NCBI GenBank assembly: GCA_049840735.1
Contig: JASGJN010000017.1
Coordinates: forward strand, 128,001 to 192,000
DNA: 64,000 bases
Direction of reading: 5' to 3'
From: Anaeromyxobacter sp.
GTDB lineage: Bacteria > Myxococcota > Myxococcia > Myxococcales > Anaeromyxobacteraceae
The notes beneath the pieces are model-generated. The model saw only the letters and a program-made list of their open reading frames with translations, did no database searches and was not told the origin of the DNA. The stretch's first letter is position 1. Each line of letters begins with the position of its first letter. Made by a program: the position numbers and the translations under genes. Positions 15,490 to 32,570 of the stretch are shown piece by piece.

Positions 15490-16437
15490 TCACGCCTTGG
15501 CCTCGCCGGTGAGCTCCGGGCCGCCCGCCAGCAGGTAGAGCAGCGCCATCCGCACCGCCACGCCGTTCTGGACCTGGTCGAGGATCACGGAGCGCCTCCC
15601 GTCCGCCACCTCCGGCTCCAGCTCCACGCCGCGGTTGATGGGGCCAGGGTGCAGGATCAGGCAGTCCGGCTTGAGCCAGGCGTCCGCCTTGCGCGCGCTG
15701 AGCCCCCAGAGCTTCGAGTACTCGCGCGTGCCCGGGATGAGCGGGTCGCCGATGCGCTCGTGCTGGATGCGCAGCATCACCACCGCGTCCGCGCCCTCGA
15801 CCGCCTCGCGCAGGTCGAAGTGGACCGTCGCGCCGAGCGCCTCGATGCCGGGCGGGATCATGGTGGGGGGCCCGCACAGCCGCACCGTGGCGCCGAGCCG
15901 GGTCATCCCGTAGACGTCCGAGCGGGCCACGCGCGAGTGGGTGATGTCGCCCACCACCGCGATGGTCTTCCCGTCGAGCGTGCCCAGCTTCTCGCGCAGC
16001 GTGAAGCAGTCCAGGAGCCCCTGGCTCGGGTGCTCGTGCGCGCCGTCGCCGGCCGAGATCACCGCGCAGCCGACGTGCTCGGCCACCAGCCGCGGCGCGC
16101 CGCCCGCCGCGTGGCGGATGACCAGCACGTCCGGGCGCATGGCCTCGAGGTTCCTGGCGGTGTCGATCAGCGTCTCGCCCTTGGAGACCGAGGAGGCGCT
16201 GGCGGTCCAGTTGAGGGCGTCGGCGGAGAGGACCTTGGCGGCGATCTCGAAGGAGCTGCGGGTCCGCGTGGAGGCCTCGAAGAAGAGGTTCACCACCGAG
16301 CGGCCGCGCAGGCTGGGCACCTTCTTGATGGGCCGCTGCAGGACCTCCTTCATGGAGACCGCCAGGTCCAGGACCTCGAGGATCTCCTCGCGGGAGTAGT
16401 CGGCCAGCCCCAGGCAGTGCTTGTGGCGCCCGATCAC
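15490..16437 (-). CDS. pyrB: Aspartate carbamoyltransferase catalytic subunit
   Basis: [38 protein letters not shown]. Confidence 0.96.
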   Translation of the reverse strand: MIGRHKHCLGLADYSREEILEVLDLAVSMKEVLQRPIKKVPSLRGRSVVNLFFEASTRTRSSFEIAAKVLSADALNWTASASSVSKGETLIDTARNLEAMRPDVLVIRHAAGGAPRLVAEHVGCAVISAGDGAHEHPSQGLLDCFTLREKLGTLDGKTIAVVGDITHSRVARSDVYGMTRLGATVRLCGPPTMIPPGIEALGATVHFDLREAVEGADAVVMLRIQHERIGDPLIPGTREYSKLWGLSARKADAWLKPDCLILHPGPINRGVELEPEVADGRRSVILDQVQNGVAVRMALLYLLAGGPELTGEAKA

Positions 16438-16970
16438 GGCGTCCTCCTCGGCGTGACCACCACCGCGTCCTCGCCGGCGCCCGCCTCGGTCAGGCGGACC
16501 TGCACGTCGTCGGCGTCCGCCGCCTCCACCCGCGCGCCCACGAAGTCGGCGGCGATGGGCAGCTCGCGCCCGCCACGGTCCACCAGCACCGCCAGCCAGA
16601 CGCGGCGCGGGCGGCCGAAGTCCACCAGCTCGTCCAGCGCGGCCCGGACCGTGCGGCCGGTGTAGAGGACGTCGTCCACCAGCACGATGGTCTTGCCCGC
16701 CACCGGGAAGCGGACGTCGGTCGGGCCGACCACGGGGGCCACGCCCTTCTGCGCCAGGTCGTCGCGATAGAGCGCGATGTCGAGCGTGCCGACCGGCGGC
16801 TGGGCGCCGAGCAGCGCACCCAGCGCGGCCTGCAGCCGGCCCGCCAGGTGGACGCCGCCGCGGCGGATGCCGACGATGGCCAGGTCGCGCGCCGCGCCGG
16901 CCGCGCGGGCGCGGTCCGCGATCTCGCGCGCCAGGCGGTGGACCGCCCGTTCGAGCTCGGCAGCGTTCAT
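16434..16970 (-). CDS. pyrR: Pyrimidine operon regulator / uracil phosphoribosyltransferase
   Basis: [29 protein letters not shown]. Confidence 0.93.
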   Translation of the reverse strand: MNAAELERAVHRLAREIADRARAAGAARDLAIVGIRRGGVHLAGRLQAALGALLGAQPPVGTLDIALYRDDLAQKGVAPVVGPTDVRFPVAGKTIVLVDDVLYTGRTVRAALDELVDFGRPRRVWLAVLVDRGGRELPIAADFVGARVEAADADDVQVRLTEAGAGEDAVVVTPRRTP

Positions 16971-16983
16971 GGCGCTCCCTCCG

Positions 16984-17457
16984 TCAGCGGGCCGGTCCCC
17001 AGTCCGGCACGTCGATGTTCTCGGTCATGTCGATCGAGAAGGTCTTCTCGGTGACCTTGTCCAGGAGGGGATACTTCACCTGGCGCGTGTACTCGAAGGC
17101 CACGTGGAGCGTGCGGTGCTCGGACTCGCGGTCGGCCTCCCAGGTCACGTCCTCGGGGCTCACGTCGACCGCCGGCACCAGCTCGACGCCGCCGTCCTCG
17201 CCCACGACCTCCTCCTCGGCGAGCACGCGGAGCTTGTGCGTCATGTTCCGCACCAGCTCGGCGTCGTTGGTGTTCTTGACCGCCTCGTTCATGTACATGT
17301 GGACGGTCTGCTTCACCGTGGCGTGGACCAGGTAGACCGGGATCCAGACCACGCCCAGGTAGCCGCCCCCCACCAGCACGCCCAGGATGAGGAGCGTGAC
17401 CCAGGAGACCTGCCCGCGCGCGCGGGCCCGGCGGGACGTCGACGTGGCGGGGGGCAT
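16984..17457 (-). CDS. Membrane-anchored hypothetical protein (DUF4845-like, prepilin-like N-terminus)
   Basis: RGQ followed by a hydrophobic helix and IPVY; position directly after lepB. Confidence 0.6.
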   Translation of the reverse strand: MPPATSTSRRARARGQVSWVTLLILGVLVGGGYLGVVWIPVYLVHATVKQTVHMYMNEAVKNTNDAELVRNMTHKLRVLAEEEVVGEDGGVELVPAVDVSPEDVTWEADRESEHRTLHVAFEYTRQVKYPLLDKVTEKTFSIDMTENIDVPDWGPAR

Positions 17458-17473
17458 CGGCTGGGTTCTATCG

Positions 17474-18490
17474 CTAGTCGATCGGTTTGAAAAGCCGGTC
17501 GAAGCGGAGCCCGCCGCCGGACACCTGCGGCCATCCGCCCGTGCCCCAGCTCCAGAAGACCACGGTGGCGCGGCCCCGGATCAGCTCGACCGGCACCTGC
17601 CAGCCGCCCAGGCCGCGGCTGTCGGCCGAGAGGTCGCGGTTGTCCCCCATGACGAAGACGTGCCCTTCCTTGACGACCTCGAAGGGCCCCTCCCGGGAGG
17701 CCAGCCGGGCCCTGCGACACTGGAGGACCTCGTAGCTGGCCACCCCGGCGCGCGCGCCGGAGCGCCAGCTCGCCTCGGCGTCCCCGGGCAGGTCCCCGGA
17801 GGGCGGGGCCAGCGGGCCGCGGGCCAGCGCCTCGTGGTAGCGGCGGCAGCGCTCGGAGAGCTCGGCGCCGGTCTCCTCGTTGCGCTCGGCGTACGCGTAC
17901 TCCGGCCCGGGGGTGCGCGGCTGCGGCACGCCGTTGACCAGCAGCACCTGCTCGCGCAGCTCGATCACGTCGCCTGGCACGCCCACCACGCGCTTGACGT
18001 AGTCGTTGCCCGGGTCGCGCGGGCCGTCGAAGACGACCACGTCCCCGCGGCGCGGCGCGCCGGTGTCGGCCAGCGTCAGGCGCGTGAACGGCACGCGCAG
18101 CGTGTAGGCCGGTTTGTAGACCAGGATCAGGTCGCCGGGGACCAGGGTCGGGGCCATGGAGCCGGAGGGGATGTGGAAGCCCTCCAGCACGAAGCCGCGG
18201 ACCAGCAGCGCCAGCAGGGCAGCGGAGAGCGTCAGCTCCAGGATCTCGCGCCAGGCCGGCTTCTCGCGCCGGGTCAGGTGCTCGTCCCAGAGCGCGTCCA
18301 GCCGCTCCACCGCGCCGGCCAGCTTCGGCCCGTCGGCCGCCTCCGCCGCCGCCTCGACCTCCTCGGCGGCCCGGTCGATGGCCTCGCGGTCGGGGCCGAG
18401 CGCGCGGCGGTGGCGGCGCGCCATGCGGCGCGCCTGCCGGGCGAACCGCAGCGCGTCGCGCCGCGAGCGGTCCAGGCCGCCGCGCCCCAC
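17474..18490 (-). CDS. lepB: Signal peptidase I with an N-terminal extension
   Basis: IPSGSMAPTL (Ser), YVKRVVGVPGD (Lys), MGDNRDLSADSR. Confidence 0.93.
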   Translation of the reverse strand: MGRGGLDRSRRDALRFARQARRMARRHRRALGPDREAIDRAAEEVEAAAEAADGPKLAGAVERLDALWDEHLTRREKPAWREILELTLSAALLALLVRGFVLEGFHIPSGSMAPTLVPGDLILVYKPAYTLRVPFTRLTLADTGAPRRGDVVVFDGPRDPGNDYVKRVVGVPGDVIELREQVLLVNGVPQPRTPGPEYAYAERNEETGAELSERCRRYHEALARGPLAPPSGDLPGDAEASWRSGARAGVASYEVLQCRRARLASREGPFEVVKEGHVFVMGDNRDLSADSRGLGGWQVPVELIRGRATVVFWSWGTGGWPQVSGGGLRFDRLFKPID

Positions 18491-18494
18491 CCGC

Positions 18495-20300
18495 CTACTC
18501 CTCCACCTTGAGGACGGCCAGGAACGCCTCCTGCGGGATCTCCACCGAGCCCACCTGCTTCATGCGCTTCTTGCCCTCCTTCTGCTTCTCGAGGAGCTTG
18601 CGCTTGCGGCTGATGTCGCCGCCGTAGCACTTGGCGAGCACGTTCTTGCGGAAGGCCTTGACCGTCTCGCGGGAGATGATCTTGGCGCCGATGGCCGCCT
18701 GGATGGCCACCTCGTACATCTGCTTCGGGATCACCTCGCGCAGCTTGGCGCAGAGGTCGCGGCCGCGCTGGTACGCGCGCTCGCGGTGGACGATCACCGA
18801 CAGCGCGTCCACCGGCTCGCCGTTGATGAGGATGTCCAGCTTGACCAGGTCCGCCTCCTCGTAGCCCTTGAGCTCGTAGTCGAGCGAGGCGTAGCCGCGG
18901 GAGACGCTCTTCAGCCGGTCGAAGAAGTCGAACACCACCTCGGCCAGCGGGATGTCGTAGGTGATCTGGACCCGGGTCGTGCCGGTGTACTTCAGGTCCT
19001 TCTGGATGCCGCGCCGCTCCTGGCAGAGCTTCAGGATGGCGCCCACGTCCTCGGTGCGCGCGTGGATGTGGCAGGTGAGGTGCGGCTCCTCCAGCTTGGC
19101 GATCTTCTGCACCGGCGGCAGCTTGGCCGGGTTGTCGATCTCCTCCACGCTCCCGCTGGTGTCGGTGATCCGGTAGACCACCGAGGGCGCCGTGGTGATG
19201 AGCGCCAGCCCGTACTCGCGCTCCAGCCGCTCCTGGACGATCTCCATGTGCAGGAGCCCCAGGTAGCCGCAGCGGAAGCCGAAGCCCAGGGCCTGGGAGG
19301 TCTCCGGCTCGTAGGTGAAGGCGGAGTCGTTGAGCGACAGCTTCTCCAGCGCGTCGCGGAGCTGGTCGTAGTCCTTGGCCTCGATGGGGAAGACGCCGGA
19401 GAAGACCATGGGCTTCACGACCTTGAAGCCGGGGAACGGCTCGGGCGTGGGGCGGTCGGCCTCGGTGATGGTGTCGCCCACCTTGGCGTCGTGGACGTCC
19501 TTCACGTTGGCGATGACCACGCCCACCTCGCCGGCCTGCAGCTCGGACACGCCCTTGGCGAAGGGCGCGAACACGCCCAGCTCCTGGACCTCGAACTCGC
19601 GCCGGTTGGACCAGAGCATGATCTTGCGCCTGGGCTTGAGCGTGCCCTCGAAGACGCGGACCAGCATCACCACGCCGCGGTACGAGTCGTACCACGAGTC
19701 GAAGACGATGGCCTTGAGCGGGGCGGCAGGGTCGCCGGACGGCGGCGGCACCTTGGCCACGATCTGCTCGAGGATGTCGCCGATGCCGATCCCCTCCTTG
19801 GCGGACGCGGGGACGGCGTCGTCGGCCGGCAGCCCGATGACCTCCTCGATCTCCTTGCGCACCGCCGGCACGTCGGCGCTGGGCAGGTCGATCTTGTTGA
19901 TGACCGGGACGATCTCGAGGTCGTGATCGAGCGCCTGGTAGACGTTGGCCAGCGTCTGCGCCTCGACGCCCTGGGTGGCGTCGACCACCAGGACGGCCCC
20001 TTCGCAGGCGGCCAGCGAGCGCGAGACCTCGTAGGCGAAGTCCACGTGCCCGGGGGTGTCGATCAGGTTGAGCTCGTAGTCCCTGCCGTCCTTGGCGCGG
20101 TAGCTCATCCGCACCGTCTGGGCCTTGATGGTGATCCCGCGCTCGCGCTCCAGCTCCATGTTGTCGAGGAACTGGGCCTGCGCCTCCCGCTTGCTCACCG
20201 TCCCGGTGTGCTCGAGCAGTCGATCGGCGAGCGTGGACTTGCCGTGATCGATGTGGGCGATGATCGAGAAGTTGCGGATGTGCGAGTTGTTTTCGGCCAT
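18495..20300 (-). CDS. lepA: Elongation factor 4
   Basis: [52 protein letters not shown]. Confidence 0.98.
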   Translation of the reverse strand: MAENNSHIRNFSIIAHIDHGKSTLADRLLEHTGTVSKREAQAQFLDNMELERERGITIKAQTVRMSYRAKDGRDYELNLIDTPGHVDFAYEVSRSLAACEGAVLVVDATQGVEAQTLANVYQALDHDLEIVPVINKIDLPSADVPAVRKEIEEVIGLPADDAVPASAKEGIGIGDILEQIVAKVPPPSGDPAAPLKAIVFDSWYDSYRGVVMLVRVFEGTLKPRRKIMLWSNRREFEVQELGVFAPFAKGVSELQAGEVGVVIANVKDVHDAKVGDTITEADRPTPEPFPGFKVVKPMVFSGVFPIEAKDYDQLRDALEKLSLNDSAFTYEPETSQALGFGFRCGYLGLLHMEIVQERLEREYGLALITTAPSVVYRITDTSGSVEEIDNPAKLPPVQKIAKLEEPHLTCHIHARTEDVGAILKLCQERRGIQKDLKYTGTTRVQITYDIPLAEVVFDFFDRLKSVSRGYASLDYELKGYEEADLVKLDILINGEPVDALSVIVHRERAYQRGRDLCAKLREVIPKQMYEVAIQAAIGAKIISRETVKAFRKNVLAKCYGGDISRKRKLLEKQKEGKKRMKQVGSVEIPQEAFLAVLKVEE

Positions 20301-20475
20301 TCGGGCTCGGGGCTTTTAACACGCGCGAACCGGTGCAGCCATGCCCGCCCTGCCGCGCCTCTTCTTGCGAGTGATATCTCGCCTGGCATGCGAACGACTC
20401 TCAGTATGGCCGGCCGGGCCTCACGCATGCGGGCGTGACTGTCAAGCAGGCCCCCGATTGTCCGCACCCCAAGAT

Positions 20476-20523
20476 TATCAGCAGGTTGTGTGGCCACTGG
20501 GTGCGCCCCACAATACGTTGTGG
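20476..20523 (+). promoter_or_regulatory. NrdR-type box (strong copy 20508-20523; weaker copy 32 bp upstream)
   Basis: Palindrome CCACAATACGTTGTGG resembles the 16-bp NrdR consensus; a second TTGTG half-site lies exactly 32 bp upstream; upstream of an RNR gene. Confidence 0.7.
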
Positions 20524-20531
20524 TTGCACTG

Positions 20532-20559
20532 TTGACACCGCACGGCCGCTTGGTAGAGT
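20532..20559 (+). promoter_or_regulatory. Sigma70-type promoter for nrdJ
   Basis: TTGACA-N16-TAGAGT with a TGn extended -10, next to the NrdR box. Confidence 0.6.
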
Positions 20560-20831
20560 GCGACCTCGCTTTCGGGTGGAGGTCTTGGGCGGCGGGAGGT
20601 GGCGGGATGTACGGGAGAATTGCGACATCCGGGGTAGCAGCAGCACGGGGAAGTCTCTCGCCGACGCGGGTCACGCGTCGGCTCACTGTCAGATCCGCTC
20701 GGTAATCCTCCGGCACTGAACGCGGGCCGGCCGGAGGCACGTTCATGGTTGAGCGCGAGTCTCATCGCGCTCGGCAGGGGTAGTCATTTGCTCGCGCATT
20801 CCCTTGGAAGGATGCGCGCAGGACGGGGTGC

Positions 20832-23594
<2,763 letters not shown>

Positions 23595-23780
23595 TTCGCC
23601 TCGCGGCCGCAGGCCGCGAGGCCGGCTTCGACGGCCCAGGTCCGACGCGGGCTCCTCCCCGCCCGGCCTGGGCCGGTCGAGGCCGCACAGGATGAAGGTC
23701 CCGGCGCCCGGGGCGAGCGATCGCTCCGGGCGTCGTGCATCCGGCGCTCGCGCCGGCCGCCGCCAGGGTATCCTCGAGAC

Positions 23781-24107
23781 ATGGAGCCGATCATGCCGGC
23801 GTCCCCGCAGGACGCGGCCGAGCCCACCTTCGAGCGGGAACCGCGCGGGCGCGGCCTGACCGCGCTCGCGCTCTGGACGGCGATCGGGCTCATCGCGCCA
23901 CTGTCCCCCACGGTCGAGTCCCTGCACGGCTACCTCCTCTCGCTCCCGGCCACGCTGGCGCTGGCGTTCATCTGCGCGATCCACCTCACCCGGCTCTCCC
24001 GCGCCGCGAAGTGGTGCTGGTACGTCGCGGCCGGAGTGGTCGCGGCCACGTGGGTGGCGATCGCCCTCCTGCGCGCCCTGCTCGACCCCTGGCTGCGGTA
24101 CCTGTGA
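23781..24107 (+). CDS. Small membrane hypothetical protein
   Basis: 108-aa ORF with three hydrophobic segments. Confidence 0.5.
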   Translation: MEPIMPASPQDAAEPTFEREPRGRGLTALALWTAIGLIAPLSPTVESLHGYLLSLPATLALAFICAIHLTRLSRAAKWCWYVAAGVVAATWVAIALLRALLDPWLRYL

Positions 24108-24197
24108 AGCGCCGCGGCGCCTTCTGACAGGCGCCCTCCCACCCCGCCCGGCCCTCCGTCTCTTCGGCGATCCGGGCCGGCCTGCTAACATCCAGGC

Positions 24198-24704
24198 ATG
24201 TCGCCTCCAGGCGAGAGCCGGCCCCCCAGCCGCGAGCCCGAGATCCCGGACCCGGCGCCGGAGCCGTCCGCCTTCGAGCTGCCCACCGAGCCGCCGCCCG
24301 GCTTCGAGCCGCGGCTGCAGGGGGACGAGCCGCCGCCTGGCGATGTGGCCGCGGTCGAAGAGGACGACGACCTCATCGACGAGACGGACGAGGACGACGG
24401 ACCCGAGGCGACCGCCGCGCCCGACTCCGCCCCCACCCCCTCCACAGCGCGCCCGTCCCACACCGCCGTCCGGCTCCTCTGGGCCGGCCTCGCGGCCGCC
24501 GCGCTCCTCTGCCTCACCGCCCTCTCGCTGCGCGACCTGCCCGCCGTGCTGTTGCTCACGCTCATCGCGGCCGCAGGCGCCGGACTGGCCGCGAGCCCCG
24601 CGCCGACCTGGCTGAAGGTGCTGCTCCTGGGGCTGCTGTCCGTGTTCGCCGTGCTGCTGGCCGTCCTGCTGGCGGCGACCGCGGTGCTCCGGTTGGCCGG
24701 CTGA
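24198..24704 (+). CDS. Membrane hypothetical protein with an acidic, Pro-rich N-terminus
   Basis: Acidic low-complexity N-half followed by about three hydrophobic helices. Confidence 0.55.
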   Translation: MSPPGESRPPSREPEIPDPAPEPSAFELPTEPPPGFEPRLQGDEPPPGDVAAVEEDDDLIDETDEDDGPEATAAPDSAPTPSTARPSHTAVRLLWAGLAAAALLCLTALSLRDLPAVLLLTLIAAAGAGLAASPAPTWLKVLLLGLLSVFAVLLAVLLAATAVLRLAG

Positions 24705-25070
24705 TCCGGAGACCGCCAGGCCCCCCGAAGAGACATCGTCACACCTAGTCAACCACGAGCGCAGCGCACCCCTCTTGGACTATCGCCGGCGAGAGTGAAC
24801 CCGGGTCGCCACGAAAGGAGGGGACAGCAGCCACTTCGCCCGGCACAGCGAACTGCAGCAAATCCCGGCGCCTCCGGCCGGACGAAGCCGATGGCTTCGG
24901 TCGCCGCGAGCCGCCGCGACCACCTCCTCATCCACCTCGTTCTCCGGCGGCAGCCGCCCCAGGCCCAGCTTCAACTCGGCCAGCCAGCGCCGGCGACGCG
25001 GGCCTCCAGCCCGAGCCAGGCGGAATCCGGGAGCGTCGGCCCACCCTCCTCCGCCTTCCCGCGCCGCGAC

Positions 25071-28936
<3,866 letters not shown>

Positions 28937-28937
<1 letters not shown>

Positions 28938-30598
28938 CAGTCGAAGAACCCGTGGAGGTAGAGGCGGCCGTCGGCCGCGTCGCGGAACACCCAGCAGTCG
29001 CCCAGCCCGTCCAGCAGGATCCGGTAGTAGTCGCAATCGAACCGCTCCGACCACCACTCGCCGGAGAGCCGCTCCGGCCCCTCGAAGCGGAGCACGGCGC
29101 GATCGCGCCCGCCCACGCGCAGCGCGGTGAGCCGGCCGCCCTCCCCCTCCGCCACCACCGGCTCCGGCGCCTGCAGCAGGCGCGTGGGACGGCCCGCGGA
29201 CGCGAGGGCGGCAGCGCCTCCCGCCCCGCCCTCGCGCCGCGGCCCCAGCCCCGGCAGCACGCCGGGCCCTGGCGCTCGCGCCCCGTCGCGCCCCGCGCTC
29301 CGCCCCGGCGGCCGGAAAGCCACCGGCCGGTAGGCGCCCTCCGGCCGGTAGCGCTCCACCGGCTCGGCCGCGAAGAGCGCCCCGTCGCCCAGCCGCGCCG
29401 AGAGCCGGGCCAGCACGCCCTCGAGCGCGGCCAGCGCCTCCGGCCGATCGCCGAAGGCCAGCTGCTCGACCCCCACCACCGCCACCTCGACCGCCAGGAG
29501 CCGCAGGCCCACCACCGCCGCCGGCAGGCGCAGCGAGAAGAGGTGCTCCTTGAGCGGCGCCAGCCAGCGCGCCGCCGCGGCCGTGGGCGCCGCCAGCGGC
29601 AGGTCGATCCGCTCCTCGCCGCGCGGATCGAGCTTCAGCACCAGCCGCAGCCGGCTCGCGCCCAGCCCGCGCCCGGCCAGCCGCGAGGCCACGCGGTCCG
29701 CCAGCCGCTTGAGCGCGAACAGCAGCGGCTCCGCCGCCTCGGCCGGCCCCTCCAGCTCGAGGGCCTCCTCCGGCAGCGTCTGCGGGACGTAGGGCACCAG
29801 CGGCGAGGGATCCTCCGCGCGCGCCAGCCGCGCCGCCGCCACGCCCTCCTGGCCGAAGCGGTGGGCCAGCGTCCCCTCCGGCAGCCGCGCCAGCGCGCCC
29901 GCGTCATCGAGCCCGAGCGCCGCCAGCCGGGCCACCACCGCCGGCGGGAGCCCCAGCGCCGCGGGCGGCAGCGCGGCCAGCGCCGCCGCGGTGCCGCCCG
30001 GCGCCACCCGCAGGATCCGCCCGCCACCGCTCCCCCTGGCCTTCGACTCCGCCTGCCCTGGGGTTGCCGGGCCGGACGGAGCCAGCGCCACCTGCCCCGC
30101 CAGCGCCCGCGCCGGCGCCCGCCCATCGGCCAGCGCCGCGACGGCCGCGTAGCCCATCTCCGCCACCGCGGCCAGCGCCCGCTCCGCCAGCAGCTGCTCC
30201 CCCGCCGCCCGGGCGTCGGCCCCGCCCTCCGCCCGGCGACCCGCCAGCACGTGGGCCGCGCCGGCGTCCAGCAGCAGCGCGTCCGGCAAGGCGACCTCCA
30301 CCGCCGGCGCCAGCCCGAGCAGCACCTCCGCCAGCGCCCGGAGCGCCGCGCGGTCGGCCTGCCGGTCGGCCTGCACGGTGGCGAGCCGGCCACAGGCCGC
30401 GTGCGCCTCCGCCGCGCTCATGCCGCGCCGCACCCCCGCCGCCCGGGCGGCGGCGTCGCAGCAGAGCACGCGGCCGTCCTCCAGCACCGCCAGCCCCTCG
30501 CCCGGCGCCTCCTCGCGCGCCCGGCCACGCAGCAGCCGCTGCAGCGCCAGGTCGGGCAGGTGCAGGGCCAGCACGCGCGGCGTCCGCTCAGGCCGCAT
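28937..30598 (-). CDS. imuB: ImuB, catalytically inactive Y-family polymerase accessory protein
   Basis: AARAAGVRRGM, RPTRLL..PEP, GPERLSGEWW, YLHGFFD C-terminus; lies between imuA and dnaE2. Confidence 0.9.
30035..30080 (-). repeat. Degenerate REP-like copy inside imuB
   Basis: Minus strand CCGTCCGGCC...GCGGAGTCGAAGGCCAGG matches both ends of the dnaE2 copy at 27883 but lacks TGAGCGTAG. Confidence 0.55.
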
Positions 30599-31265
30599 GG
30601 CCCGCCCTCCTCGACGCCACCGGGACCAGGTGGCCCAGCCGCCGCTCCGGCCCCAGCTCCACCCGCGCCGCGGCCGGGACGCGCAGCCGCCCGCCCGGCC
30701 GCGACAGCCACACGCCCACCGCGCCGCCCTTCTCCGCCGCGGCCTGCAGCCGCCGGGCCGCCGCGTCCCAGCCGCGCGCCACCTCGGCCTGCGGCGCGTC
30801 GATGACCACCGCCGCGAACGCACCCGAGGCCAGCAGCGCCTCCGCAGCCCAGAGCGCCCGCGCCGGCCCTGGGGCCTCACTCGCCGTGCGCCGTCCGTCC
30901 GTGGTGGGCGCAGGACCGGCGGCGGCGCCGGAGTCGAACCACGGCCGGACGATGAGCAGCCGCGCCAGGTCCACCCCCATGGCCTCGGCCGCGGGCGGAT
31001 AGAGCTCGCCGCGCGCGTCCACCCATGCCGCCAGCGCGTCGGGCGGCAGGCCGGCCAGGAGGCGCAGCGCCACGCCGGTCTTCCCGCTGGCCGGGCCGCC
31101 CGTCAGCTCGGAGAGCGCGCCGCGCGGGAAGCCGCCGCCGGGCAGCGCGCCGTCCACCTCCGGCACGCCGCTCGGGACGTAGCCGTCGCGCCGCGCCGGC
31201 CGGTGCTCGATCTTCCGGATGGCGTCGCGCAGCTGCGCGATGACGAGGTGCTGTTCCTGCTCCAT
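30588..31265 (-). CDS. imuA: ImuA, RecA-like SOS mutagenesis protein
   Basis: SGVPEVDGALPGGGFPRGALSEL, GPASGKT, GVDLARLLIVRP, ARRLQAAAE. Confidence 0.88.
   Translation of the reverse strand: MEQEQHLVIAQLRDAIRKIEHRPARRDGYVPSGVPEVDGALPGGGFPRGALSELTGGPASGKTGVALRLLAGLPPDALAAWVDARGELYPPAAEAMGVDLARLLIVRPWFDSGAAAGPAPTTDGRRTASEAPGPARALWAAEALLASGAFAAVVIDAPQAEVARGWDAAARRLQAAAEKGGAVGVWLSRPGGRLRVPAAARVELGPERRLGHLVPVASRRAGHAA
30893..30950 (+). repeat. REP-like copy inside imuA
   Basis: GTCCGTCCGTGG-TGGGCGCAG-...-CGGAGTCGAA-CCACGGCCGGAC; 13-bp outer stem with one mismatch. Confidence 0.65.
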
Positions 31266-31294
31266 GGACCACGCGCTCCCCGGGGACAAGCTAG

Positions 31295-31311
31295 CTGCTC
31301 GGGTGTTCAGG
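31295..31311. promoter_or_regulatory. Myxobacterial-type LexA (SOS) box upstream of imuA
   Basis: CTGCTCGGGTGTTCAGG matches the Myxococcus xanthus consensus CTRHAMRYBYGTTCAGS (recalled) at 15 of 17 positions, 30 bp upstream of imuA. Confidence 0.7.
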
Positions 31312-31485
31312 TAGCAAGTCGGTCTGACAGGGCCGCGATTTCAGGGGGCGTCCCAGGGAGCGAGGGCCCAGGAGCGCGCCCGTGGGGTCACCCCGCTCCG
31401 GTTCCGGGCCGTTCCTACCCTTCCTCCTGACGAGCCCGGCGCGGGCCGGGCTCCGACCACCGAACCTCGAGGGAGGGAACACCAC

Positions 31486-32479
31486 ATGAAGCTGAAGCTC
31501 TATGGATGGGGAAAGATGGCGTCGCTGGGGCTCGCGGGGTTGCTCGCGGGCGCGCCGGCCGCGTTCGCGCAGTCCACCGCGAGCGACCAGACCAGCACCG
31601 GCTCGTCCTCCTCCGACACCACCGGCTCGTCCGGCGCCGGCAGCAGCAGCACCGGGTCGAGCGCCTCCGACACGGGCACCGGGTCGTCCTCGTCCGACAC
31701 CAGCAGCTCGAGCGGCACGGGCTCCTCGTCCTCCGGGATGAGCGGCTCCTCCGGCACCGGCTCGTCGTCATCCGACACCAGCAGCTCCACCGGCGGCACC
31801 GGCTCGTCCTCGTCCGACATGGGCGGCACGTCCGGCAGCAGCTCCTCCGGCACCGGCTCGTCGTCATCCGACACCAGCAGCTCCACCGGCGGCACCGGCT
31901 CGTCCTCGTCCGACATGAGCGGCACGTCCGGCAGCAGCTCCTCCGGCGCCGGCTCGTCCTCGGACACCGGCACCGGGTCCTCGGCCAGCAGCGGCATGGG
32001 CTCCAGCTCCAGCTCGAGCGCCGGCAAGAGCCACCACCTGAGCGGCACGGTCTCCGAAGTACGACCCGACCGCCCGCGAGATCACGCTCTCCAACTCCAG
32101 CAAGAAGCTGCACCTGTCGGACAGCACGCAGGTGACCAAGGACGGCCAGACGGCGTCCATCAGCGACATCAAGGAGGGCGATTCGATCCGCGCCAGCTAC
32201 TCCGGCAGCGGCTCGGCGATGCAGGTGACCAAGATCGAGGTCACCAGCTCCGGCTCCGGCAGCTCCGGCTCCACCGGCAGCTCGACCACCGGCTCGGGCT
32301 CCAGCAGCACCGGCGACACCACCGGCGGCAGCTCCAGCTCCGGCAGCGGCTCCAGCACCACCCCGGACTCCGGCAGCTCGGGCTCGGACAGCTCCGGCGC
32401 GGGCTCGCCGGACGCCGGCTCCACCTCCGGCTCCGGCACCTCCGGCACCGGCTCCAGCAGCGGCGGCACCACCCCGTAG
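31486..32479 (+). CDS. Secreted Ser/Gly/Thr-rich low-complexity protein with a small central beta domain; apparent +1 frameshift near 32056
   Basis: RBS GAGGG, signal peptide ending AFA-Q, SSGT-rich arms; removing one base joins SGTVS to KYDPTAREITLSNSSKKLHLSDSTQVTKDGQ...EGDSIRASY. Confidence 0.75.
31745..31960 (+). repeat. 96-bp in-frame tandem duplication (about 2.2 copies)
   Basis: GCTCCTCCGGCACCGGCTCG recurs at 31745 and 31841, with a near-match at 31937. Confidence 0.8.
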
Positions 32480-32570
32480 GCAGCCAGCGACGATCAGCAG
32501 CAAGGCGAGGGCGGGTGCCATCCGGCGCCCGCCCTCCCTGCATCAGAGCGCCGCCGCGCGGCGTGCGCGC

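Noticed and set aside
20560..20831. Cobalamin riboswitch upstream of nrdJ
   Set aside because: I could not identify the conserved B12-box and GGGAA/GCCACTG core in the right arrangement; kept only as an unassigned structured leader.
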